Assembly (NCBI GenBank): GCA_032128115.1
Contig: JAQBHB010000036.1
Coordinates: 5,872 to 69,871 of the forward strand
Direction: 5' to 3'
DNA from: Deltaproteobacteria bacterium
Lineage (GTDB): Bacteria > Myxococcota_A > UBA9160 > SMWR01
DNA: 64,000 bases
Shown here in pieces: positions 16,348 through 24,437 of this stretch. The first letter of the stretch is position 1, and every line of letters starts with the position of its first letter. Both the position numbers and the translations under genes were made by a program. The notes under the pieces were generated by a model. The model was not told the DNA's origin, searched no databases, and worked only from the letters and a program-made list of their open reading frames with translations.

Positions 16348-17907
16348 GTGCCCGCGCCCGACATTCTCGCCCAGCATGCCGAGCGCATGCCCGACCGCAC
16401 GGCGCTCATCGACGACCGCGGCGACGGCCGGGTCACCTCGCTCACGTGGTCGGAGTTCAACGCGGATGTGAACCGCGTGGCCCACGCCCTGCTGGCACGG
16501 GGCATGCGCCGCGGTGACAAGCTGGTCTGGTGCGGCATGAACTCCATCGGCGTCGTGCGGGTGATCCACGCGGCGCGCAAGATCGGCGCCACCGCCGTGC
16601 CGCTCAACTACCGATTCTCGCCCGATGAGGCCGCCTACGTGGTGGACCACAGTGATACGAGCGTGGTGGTGGTGGATGCAGAGAGCGCCGAGTTGATCGG
16701 TGGCGTGCGCGACCGCACTCCGAAGGTTCGCGACGTGCTGGTCTTCGACGGGCCTCCGGGCGCCGATATGGTCGATCTGGAGGCTCTGCTCACAGATGCC
16801 CCCACGTCCGAGCCCGAGCGGGAAGAGAGCGACCAGGTCGCCGCCACCATGATCTACACGTCCGGCACCACGGGCAAACCCAAGGGCGCGATTCGCACCG
16901 GGCTCGGCGATCACAGCCAGGTGAAGGGGATGCTCGCTCTCATCGGCTATCGGCCCGACGACATCTTCCTGACCACGGGGCCCCTGTACCACTCGGGGCC
17001 GTGCGGCTTCATGCAGCTCTCCCAGAACATGGGACACTCGGTGGTGATCCAGCGCAGATTCGTTCCCGAGGATTGGCTGCGCCTGGTGCACACCCACCGG
17101 GTCACCACCACCTTCTCGGCGCCCACGCCGATCCGGATGGTCTGCAATCTTTCAGACGCGGTGAAGGCCCGCTACGACCGCTCCTGCATGAAGCGAATGA
17201 TCGCCAACGCGGCGCCCTGGTCGTTCGCGCTCAAGGAGGCCTACCTGGCCGACTTCCCCGAAGACTCGCTGTGGGAGGTGTACGGATCGACGGAGCTGGG
17301 CGTGAACACGATCCTCGAGCCCGCTGACCAACGCCGCAAGCCAGGCTCGTGCGGCAAGCCAGCGCCCACGGTGGATCTCGTGCTCATCGACGACGCCGGC
17401 GCGGAGATCGCGCAGCCCCATGTGCCCGGCGAACTGTTCGTTCGCAGCAAGACCGTGTTCGAAACCTACTACAAGGCCCACGATCGCTATGAGGAGGATC
17501 GCCGGGGCAGCCACCATACGGTGGGTGACGTGGCCTACTTCGACGAAGAGGGTTTCTACTACATCTGCGACCGCAAGAAGGACATGATCATCTCGGGTGG
17601 GATGAACATCTACCCCGCCGAGATCGAGGCAGCGCTGGAGCACCACACCTCGATCCGGGACGTGGCGGTCTTCGGGATCCCCAGCGAGGAGTGGGGCGAG
17701 AGTGTGCATGCGGTGGTGGTGGTGAGTCCGGGCGACGAATTGGCCGACGACCAGGTAATTGCTTTCGCGCGCGAGCGTCTGGCCGGCTACAAGATCCCGC
17801 GTTCGATCTCGTTCATCGACGAGATTCCCCGCACCGGCTCCGGCAAGATCCTCAAGCGCGTGTTGCGCGAGCCCTTCTGGAAGGGCCACCAGAGCGGCGT
17901 CATCTAG
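16348..17907 (+). CDS. AMP-dependent acyl-CoA synthetase/ligase
   Basis: 519 aa, GTG start. AMP-binding motif MIYTSGTTGKPKGA. Later GDVAYFDEEGFYYICDRKKDMIISGGMNIYPAEIE and the C-terminal GKILKR. Confidence 0.92.
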   Translation: MPAPDILAQHAERMPDRTALIDDRGDGRVTSLTWSEFNADVNRVAHALLARGMRRGDKLVWCGMNSIGVVRVIHAARKIGATAVPLNYRFSPDEAAYVVDHSDTSVVVVDAESAELIGGVRDRTPKVRDVLVFDGPPGADMVDLEALLTDAPTSEPEREESDQVAATMIYTSGTTGKPKGAIRTGLGDHSQVKGMLALIGYRPDDIFLTTGPLYHSGPCGFMQLSQNMGHSVVIQRRFVPEDWLRLVHTHRVTTTFSAPTPIRMVCNLSDAVKARYDRSCMKRMIANAAPWSFALKEAYLADFPEDSLWEVYGSTELGVNTILEPADQRRKPGSCGKPAPTVDLVLIDDAGAEIAQPHVPGELFVRSKTVFETYYKAHDRYEEDRRGSHHTVGDVAYFDEEGFYYICDRKKDMIISGGMNIYPAEIEAALEHHTSIRDVAVFGIPSEEWGESVHAVVVVSPGDELADDQVIAFARERLAGYKIPRSISFIDEIPRTGSGKILKRVLREPFWKGHQSGVI

Positions 17908-18470
17908 GGAATCAGGTCCTCGTCGGCCGCCACCAGCGCCTGCTGAGCCTCGCGCCAGGCCTCGAACCCGGGCCCGTCCCAGGCCCGGTGATCCCCATTG
18001 CGATACGCCTGGGCGTTGCGGTGATAGAGCCAGGCGTTCATGCGGTTGGCCCGGGAGTTCTCGCGTTCGCGGATGCGTCGGGCCGGCACGCCGGCGATGA
18101 TCGAATTCGCCGGGAACTCCGCCCCTTCGGGCACCACCGCCCCGCCGGCCACGATCGAGCCATCGCCGATCACCGCGCCATCCATGATCACGGCGCCGAT
18201 TCCCACCAGACACGCGGTGCCCAGGCTGCAGCCGTGGACCGTGGCGTGGTGGGTCACCGAGCAGAAGTCGCCGATCCGTGTGGGGTGGTCGTAGCCCACG
18301 TGGATCATCGCGAAGTCCTGGAGGTTGGTCATGCGCCCGATGCGGATCTCCTGGCACTCGGCCCGGGCCACCACGTTGTGCCACACGGACGCGCCCGCGG
18401 CGATCGAGATGTTTCCGTAGAGCTGGGCGCTCGGGGCGACCCAGACGCTCTCGTGCAGGTCGGGCTTCAC
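17904..18470 (-). CDS. gamma-carbonic-anhydrase-like / hexapeptide-repeat (LbH) family protein
   Basis: 188 aa. Left-handed beta-helix hexapeptide pattern (IGDFCSVTHHATVHGCSLGTACLVGIGAVIMDGAVIGDGSIVAGGAVV) and an N-terminus VWVAPSAQLYGNISI typical of PaaY/CaiE-like proteins. Its start overlaps the stop of the M20 gene by 4 nt. Confidence 0.8.
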   Translation of the reverse strand: MKPDLHESVWVAPSAQLYGNISIAAGASVWHNVVARAECQEIRIGRMTNLQDFAMIHVGYDHPTRIGDFCSVTHHATVHGCSLGTACLVGIGAVIMDGAVIGDGSIVAGGAVVPEGAEFPANSIIAGVPARRIRERENSRANRMNAWLYHRNAQAYRNGDHRAWDGPGFEAWREAQQALVAADEDLIP

Positions 18471-19645
18471 GCGGCCTCGAACACGGCGCGAGCGCGCTGG
18501 CGCAATTCATCGCTGCAGAGGATGTCGAGCGCCGTCATGGCCAGGGCCTTCGCCCCGTCGAGCGCCGCAGCCTGGCCCATCTCGGAGCCCGCCCACTTGG
18601 TGAACTCCGGGTTGTGGATGGTGCAATGCACCGGCGCGGCTGCCAGCATGGGATGGATGGAGGGCACCCGGTGGCTGATGTTGCCCATATCCGTGCTGCC
18701 CTGGGCGCTCGCCGGCAGCTTGTCGTAGGGGAAGAATTCGCGGCCCAGGGATTCGGCGTTGGAACGAAATGCCGAGGCCAGGGGCTCATTGAAGTGGATG
18801 TCCAGGTAGTCGGCGGCGCCCCACGAGATCGCAACGTCCGCGCCGGTGGCGGCGGAGCCCGCGCGGAAGCAGGCCTCGACCCGACGCTTCAGCGGCGCCA
18901 GGGCTTCGGCGTTGGCTGCGCGCACGTAGAACCGGCCAGACGCCCGCGCGGGTACGATGTTGGGCGCTTCGCCCCCCTCGGTGATGATGCCGTGGATGCG
19001 CTCGTCGCGGCCGATGTGCTGACGCAGTGCCGCTAGCGACTGGTACGCCAGCACCAGGGCGTCGAGCGCATTGATGCCCCGCTCGGGCATGGCGGACGCG
19101 TGGGCGGCGCGGCCATGGTAGGTGACGTCGAGTTCGGCCATGGCGATGCAGGGCATGCTCACCAGGTTGACGCTCGAAGGGTGCATCATGAGCGCGGCGT
19201 CCACCCCTTCGAAGGCGCCCTCGCGAGCCATCAGTTCCTTGCCGCAGCCGTGCTCCTCGGCAGGCGTGCCCAGCAGCCGCACCCGCCCGGGCAGCCGATC
19301 GGCGATCTGGGCGAGGGCCAGAGCGGCACCCACGCTGGCCGTTGCAATCAGGTTGTGGCCGCAAGCGTGACCGATCTCGGGCAGGGCGTCGTACTCGGCA
19401 AGAAGAGCGACGCAGGGTCTGCTGTCGGCACCGAACTCGCTCTGGAAGGCGGTCTCGAGTCCGAAGGCCCCGGCCTCCACCGGGAGTCCGGCATTGCGCA
19501 GGGTCGATACCAGCAGCGCGGCGGCCTTGTGCTCCTGGAACGAGAGCTCCGGATTCGCGTGAAGGCTGCGCGAGATCTCCACCAACCCGGATTGCATGGC
19601 GTCGATCGCCCGGCACAGTTCCCGTTTGGCTTTCGGCAGGTCCAT
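18467..19645 (-). CDS. M20-family amidohydrolase (AbgB / N-acyl-amino-acid deacylase-like)
   Basis: Trimmed to ATG 19645 (MDLPKAKRELCRAIDA..). Motifs HANPELSFQEHKAA and EIGHACGHNLIATASVGAA are typical of M20D amidohydrolases. Confidence 0.85.
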   Translation of the reverse strand: MDLPKAKRELCRAIDAMQSGLVEISRSLHANPELSFQEHKAAALLVSTLRNAGLPVEAGAFGLETAFQSEFGADSRPCVALLAEYDALPEIGHACGHNLIATASVGAALALAQIADRLPGRVRLLGTPAEEHGCGKELMAREGAFEGVDAALMMHPSSVNLVSMPCIAMAELDVTYHGRAAHASAMPERGINALDALVLAYQSLAALRQHIGRDERIHGIITEGGEAPNIVPARASGRFYVRAANAEALAPLKRRVEACFRAGSAATGADVAISWGAADYLDIHFNEPLASAFRSNAESLGREFFPYDKLPASAQGSTDMGNISHRVPSIHPMLAAAPVHCTIHNPEFTKWAGSEMGQAAALDGAKALAMTALDILCSDELRQRARAVFEAA

Positions 19646-19697
19646 GCCGCGTATTCTAGCCGCTCGCTTGCGGCTACGGCTGGGGCTGCGGCGCGGC

Positions 19698-21005
19698 TCA
19701 GGCGAGGACGGGAAGCGGCGCGAAGGGCCCACCGGGAAGCACGGCGGCGGGATCGCCTCCCAGCCAGTGCTGGATGATCGCGGCGTACAGGCGGCGGAAG
19801 TCCGTGGTCACCTTCAGGTTTCCGTCATCGTCCAGGTCGCGGAGGTCGGGCATTGCGCCGTAGATGCCGCCGGCAACCGGAGCGCCCATCAGCATCGAGA
19901 CCCCGGCCCGGCCGTGATCGGTTCCCGATCCCGCGCCCGTCCCGTTCTGGTAGGCGCGCCGGCCGAACTCGGAATAGACCAGCGTGATCACCCGGTCGGC
20001 CATGCCCAGGTATTCCAGATCGAGCTGGAAATCCGCAAGCGCGTCCGAGAGGTTCTGCATCAGACGCCCGTGGCCGAAGTCGATCTCGGTGGTGCCCTGG
20101 TCGGCGTGGGTGTCGAAGCCGCCGGCCACCACGTGGAAGAAGCTGATCTGGCCGGCGTCGCTCGGGGACAGGGCGTCGTGGCGCAGGACGGAGGCCACCT
20201 GGCGCAGGTCGCGCGCCACCCCCGAGTTGGACGAGACGCTTCGCGGTCCCCACCGGTCGTTCTGGATCTCGCCCAGGCGCTGAGACGAGGAGATCAGGAT
20301 GCTCCCGGAGCGGGCGATGTGGGCCACCAGGCCCGAGCGGTCGTGCGCATCGCCGAAAATCGTTGCCCACGCCGCCAATCGGGCCGCGTCCTCGCCGTCG
20401 CTGGCCGCCAGCTTCGACGGCAGATGGAAGTCTGCGAGGCGGCGCGTGCCGATAGTGTCGTTGCTCATTGACGCGAGACTGGCGTTGATGCTCCCGCCGA
20501 ACGAAATGGCGCGCGGCGTCGCCGAGGCGCCCTCGGCGTCCAGCTGTCGCCCCACCCATCCGGTGCTGGCGCGTCCCAGGTCGCCGCTATGCCAGACGTC
20601 TCGGGCGGTGAAATGGGAGAGCGAGCTGTTGGGGAATCCCACGCCGTTGATCAGCGCGAGCTTTCCCTGGTCGAACAGGGCCTTGAGTCGCCCGCAGTTC
20701 GGATTCAGGGCCAGGGCCGTGCCCCGCACCGGGTCACGCCCGATCTCGGTGGCGTCGAGCATTCGGGCGGGGATCGTCAGGTCCGGTCGCAGCTGCCGGT
20801 AGATGCTGTACTGGGAGGTGACATCGCTGTTCAGGGGGATCACCGTGCCCAACAGATCGTTGCCCCCGTCCAGATACACCAGCACCAGGATCGGGTCGTT
20901 CGCCGATGCGGCTGCCGCCGGGCGCACCCGGGAGAGCAGGTGGGTCTGGCTGAGAACGGCCGTGGCCGCGGCGCTTCGCAGAAGCTGTCGTCGCGTGATC
21001 CGCAT
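19698..21005 (-). CDS. DUF1501-family protein (sulfatase-fold) with twin-arginine signal
   Basis: Trimmed to ATG 21005. Tat signal MRITRRQLLRSAAATAVL. Internal GGFDTHADQ and C-terminal TDHGRAG motifs are typical of DUF1501. Confidence 0.8.
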   Translation of the reverse strand: MRITRRQLLRSAAATAVLSQTHLLSRVRPAAAASANDPILVLVYLDGGNDLLGTVIPLNSDVTSQYSIYRQLRPDLTIPARMLDATEIGRDPVRGTALALNPNCGRLKALFDQGKLALINGVGFPNSSLSHFTARDVWHSGDLGRASTGWVGRQLDAEGASATPRAISFGGSINASLASMSNDTIGTRRLADFHLPSKLAASDGEDAARLAAWATIFGDAHDRSGLVAHIARSGSILISSSQRLGEIQNDRWGPRSVSSNSGVARDLRQVASVLRHDALSPSDAGQISFFHVVAGGFDTHADQGTTEIDFGHGRLMQNLSDALADFQLDLEYLGMADRVITLVYSEFGRRAYQNGTGAGSGTDHGRAGVSMLMGAPVAGGIYGAMPDLRDLDDDGNLKVTTDFRRLYAAIIQHWLGGDPAAVLPGGPFAPLPVLA

Positions 21006-21016
21006 GGGGGGTCTCC

Positions 21017-22411
21017 TCAGTGCACCTGGAACTCGGGAAGCGTGAGAAAAAGCGCGACGAGCCTGCGAAAATCGCGCTCGTACCACGCGTTGCTCCCCAG
21101 GTCCTCCTCGTCCACCGAGTCGATCAGCACGCGCCGGGTGGTGTCGGGCAGGGTCAGTTCGAAACGCGCTGCAAGCGAGTCCACGACCTGCGCCGCCGTA
21201 GTGGCGGTCTCGCCGAAGTACCGGATCGGGTCAAAGCGGTAGGAAACGATCCCGTCGGTACCGACGGCCAGATCCTCGGCGAACTCCACCCGTGCCAGGT
21301 ACTGGCTGGTGGTGAGCCACGCTTCGCCCCCGGTCCAGCCCTGTACGCCCGGCGGGTTGAACAGCTCCATGCCCATGCGCCGCATCGCGCGCGGCAGGGT
21401 CTCCATGAGAGTGCCCACACCCAGGTCCCAGATCGCCTGCAGCACGAACTCGACCGGGTTCTTGGCGCTCGATCGGCGCGCGCGCTCGGAATAGAACTCG
21501 TCGTGGGTCAAGATCGCGAAGACCAGGTCGCGGATCATGTAGCCGCTGTCGACGAAGGCATCGGCCAGCTCGTCCACCAGACCGAGATCCGGATCGGGGT
21601 ACGCGAACCAGGCCCAGAGCTTGCGCGAGATGAAATGCGCCAGCGTGGGACGCCCGCTGGTGTCCCGGTGTGTGAACAGGAGATCGATGACGTTTCGATC
21701 CGGCGGAAACTGCTCGCCTTCGGGGGTCTCCACGCCCAATTGGCCAACCGTTTCGAACTGCCGGTCTGCGAACAGGCGCTTGATGCCGTTGTCCCAGTGG
21801 TTGTGCGCGACGATGCTCCGGCCCTCCTCCCGCAGGATGCGGAAGCCCGCGAGGGACCGCGCCATGGCGACCACGTCGTCCTGGGTGTAGTTCGGGAAAC
21901 CCCTCACGTCCGTCGGGCCCAGGGTGAACAGCTCCATCAACTCGCGCCCGTAGTTCTCGTTGGGCGCATCCTTCGAGCTGATCGCTCCGTCCAGGAAGCG
22001 GAGCATGGCCGGGTCCCGGGTCACCTGATGGAGCAGGTCGCGAAAGGGGCCGAGCCCGTACATCCGGAACGTCGCGTTCTGGCGGGCCAGGTCATCGATT
22101 CGGACTCCCACATCGTAGGAGGACGGGAAGTGATCGTGCCAGAAGAGCACCATCTTCTCGTGGAGGCGCCACTCGCGGCTCAGCATCCGCCGCAGCCACC
22201 AGCGCTGGAGCGTCTCCAGGTCGGACCTCCTGCGGCCGTCGCCAGAGGGGCCGACCGCCGGGCTGGGCTCGGCGTCCAGCAGATCTTCGACTGCCCGTCG
22301 TCGGGTCTGGCCCGGCAGCTGTTCGAGGTCCGTCTTGTCGGCGCAGAAAGCCGCGCGTCGCAATAGATGCAACACGTCGCGCTGGTTCAGCCGGCTTCCG
22401 GCGCCCCCCAT
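21017..22411 (-). CDS. DUF1800-family protein
   Basis: 464 aa. N-terminal VLHLLRRAAFCA and internal FWHDHF, ENYGRELMELFTLG motifs are typical of DUF1800. It sits 11 nt upstream of its usual DUF1501 partner. Confidence 0.8.
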   Translation of the reverse strand: MGGAGSRLNQRDVLHLLRRAAFCADKTDLEQLPGQTRRRAVEDLLDAEPSPAVGPSGDGRRRSDLETLQRWWLRRMLSREWRLHEKMVLFWHDHFPSSYDVGVRIDDLARQNATFRMYGLGPFRDLLHQVTRDPAMLRFLDGAISSKDAPNENYGRELMELFTLGPTDVRGFPNYTQDDVVAMARSLAGFRILREEGRSIVAHNHWDNGIKRLFADRQFETVGQLGVETPEGEQFPPDRNVIDLLFTHRDTSGRPTLAHFISRKLWAWFAYPDPDLGLVDELADAFVDSGYMIRDLVFAILTHDEFYSERARRSSAKNPVEFVLQAIWDLGVGTLMETLPRAMRRMGMELFNPPGVQGWTGGEAWLTTSQYLARVEFAEDLAVGTDGIVSYRFDPIRYFGETATTAAQVVDSLAARFELTLPDTTRRVLIDSVDEEDLGSNAWYERDFRRLVALFLTLPEFQVH

Positions 22412-22593
22412 CCACTCACCCCCCGCGCCGGGAACCTATCGATCGTAGGCAGGGCCACTCCGTGAGATAGGTCACATCTCCCCGTGAGATGGGTCGCATC
22501 TCCCTCTCGGTCGCTGGGCATCGCCCCCTCGACTGACGCCCCAGGGGATCCCGGGTACCCTTCGCCAGAACCTCCCGAGCCCCGGAGAGCCCA

Positions 22594-23571
22594 ATGCGCG
22601 CAATCGTGGTCGAGCGTCTGCTGGAGAGTCCGAGTGAGCTTGGGGTGAAGGAGATTCCCGAGCCCGAGCTCGCGCCGGGCACGCTGAAGCTCGACGTACG
22701 CGCCGCCGGCTGCAACTTCTTCGACATTCTGATGGTCCAGGGGCGCTACCAGGTGAAGCCGCCGCTTCCCTTCGTACCCGGCGCCGAGATCGCCGGCGTG
22801 GTGCGCGAAGCGGGGGAGGGCGCCGGAGACTTCGCAGTGGGTGACCGGGTGTTCGGAACCGCTGGCCTGGGCGGATTCGCCGAAACGGCGCTGCTGCCGG
22901 CTCGCGGGGCCTACAAGTTGCCCGAGGCCATGTCTTTCGAAGAAGGTGCCGCCCTGCCCATCATCTATCCCACGTCCTACGCGGGTCTGGTATACCGCGC
23001 CAACCTGCAGGCGGGCGAGAACCTGCTGGTGCATGCGGCGGCGGGCGGTGTGGGCATCGCTGCGGTGCAGATCGGAAAGGCCCTGGGCGCCCGCGTGATC
23101 GCCACCGCCGGCGGGGCCGACAAGCTCGAGGTGGCGCGCCGGGCCGGTGCCGACGAGCTGATCGACTATCGCGAAGAGGACTTCGTCGCCCGCGTGAAGG
23201 AGCTCACCGAGGGCCGGGGAGCGGACGTCATCTACGACCCGGTGGGCGGAGATGTCTTCGACAAGTCGCTGAAGTGCATTGCGTGGAATGGGCGCCTGCT
23301 GGTGATCGGATTCGCCAGCGGTCGCATTCCCGAGGTGAAGGTCAACCGAATCCTGCTCAAGAACATCGCCATCACCGGCCTGCACTGGGGGGCGCACGTC
23401 AGCCACGACCCGGGCAAGATCGAGCCCACCTTCAGGGCGCTGTTCGCGCTCTACGAGCAGGGCAAGATCGAGCCGGTGATCTTCAAGCGCTACTCACTGG
23501 ACGAGGTCCCCACGGCTCTCGAGGCCCTGGCCTCGCGCAAGACCTACGGGAAGCTCGTCATCACTCCCTGA
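22594..23571 (+). CDS. NADPH:quinone oxidoreductase / zeta-crystallin-type medium-chain dehydrogenase
   Basis: 325 aa. GGAGAG upstream. PFVPGAEIAGVV and the nucleotide-binding VHAAAGGVGIAAVQIGKALGARV. Confidence 0.88.
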   Translation: MRAIVVERLLESPSELGVKEIPEPELAPGTLKLDVRAAGCNFFDILMVQGRYQVKPPLPFVPGAEIAGVVREAGEGAGDFAVGDRVFGTAGLGGFAETALLPARGAYKLPEAMSFEEGAALPIIYPTSYAGLVYRANLQAGENLLVHAAAGGVGIAAVQIGKALGARVIATAGGADKLEVARRAGADELIDYREEDFVARVKELTEGRGADVIYDPVGGDVFDKSLKCIAWNGRLLVIGFASGRIPEVKVNRILLKNIAITGLHWGAHVSHDPGKIEPTFRALFALYEQGKIEPVIFKRYSLDEVPTALEALASRKTYGKLVITP

Positions 23572-23576
23572 AGCCC

Positions 23577-24437
23577 TTGTCGCCGCTCGCCTTCGCGAAG
23601 TATCACGCGCTGGGAAACGACTATCTGGTGGTGGAGGCCGCGTCGTGGTCGCCCTGGCTCACGGTGTCGGCATTGCGCCGCATCCAGGATCGCCACCTCG
23701 GGATTGGCGCGGATGGCGTACTGGTGCGCGACGCCGATCCGGCGCCCGGGCGCTTCGCCCTTCGCATCTTCAATCCCGACGGATCCGAGGCGGAAAAGAG
23801 CGGCAACGGCCTGCGGATCTTCGCCCGATACCTGTGGGACGCCGGCCGTGTGGGCGACGCCCCGTTCCCCGTGCACACGCCCGGAGGCGAAGTCTCCTGC
23901 CACGTGCGCCGTGGCGGGCGCTCGGTACAGGTGGAGATGGGGCGGGTTTCGTTCGACAGCCGCCAGATCCCGGTGGCCGGACCGCCGCGCGAGGTGCTGC
24001 GCGAGGCGCTTTCGGTGGCGGGCCGCGAACTGGAGTTCTCGGCCGCGAGCGTCGGCAATCCCCACTGCGTGCTGATCCGCGACTCGGTCTCCGAAGCCGA
24101 GACGCGCGAGTTGGGACCGCTCATCGAGAACGACGCGCGCTTTCCGAACCGCACCAATGTGCAGTTTGCCCGGGTGCGCAACCGCCAGAACCTGGAGATC
24201 CAGATCTGGGAGCGCGGCGCGGGCTACACCCTGGCCTCGGGCACCAGCGCCAGCGCTGCGGCGGCCGTGGCGCATCGCCTGGGCCTCTGCGACGCCCACA
24301 TGACCGTGCACATGCCCGGCGGCGCGCTGGCGATCGAGCTCACCGAAGCCGCAGGCGTGATCCTCACCGGGCCGGTCACCCGCGTCATGCAGGGAACTCT
24401 CGATCCCCGGACCCTTCAGGACCTGGCCTGGAGATGA
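23577..24437 (+). CDS. diaminopimelate-epimerase (DapF) family protein with both catalytic Cys positions occupied by Ser
   Basis: Frame of track ORF 23274..24437. It can only start after the upstream stop (23571), and I chose TTG 23577 (start uncertain). DapF blocks YHALGNDY, FNPDGSEAEKSGNGLRIFARY, VGNPHCV, WERGAGYTLASGTSASAAA. E. coli DapF has QCGNGARC and ACGSGACA at the two aligned sites. Confidence 0.8.
   Translation: MSPLAFAKYHALGNDYLVVEAASWSPWLTVSALRRIQDRHLGIGADGVLVRDADPAPGRFALRIFNPDGSEAEKSGNGLRIFARYLWDAGRVGDAPFPVHTPGGEVSCHVRRGGRSVQVEMGRVSFDSRQIPVAGPPREVLREALSVAGRELEFSAASVGNPHCVLIRDSVSEAETRELGPLIENDARFPNRTNVQFARVRNRQNLEIQIWERGAGYTLASGTSASAAAAVAHRLGLCDAHMTVHMPGGALAIELTEAAGVILTGPVTRVMQGTLDPRTLQDLAWR

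Noticed and set aside
14358-16607. 749-aa minus-strand ORF across the E2-like, TetR and synthetase genes
   Set aside because: A long open frame that arises by chance from stop-poor high GC content. It crosses a 327-bp intergenic region, and the plus strand encodes three recognisable proteins.
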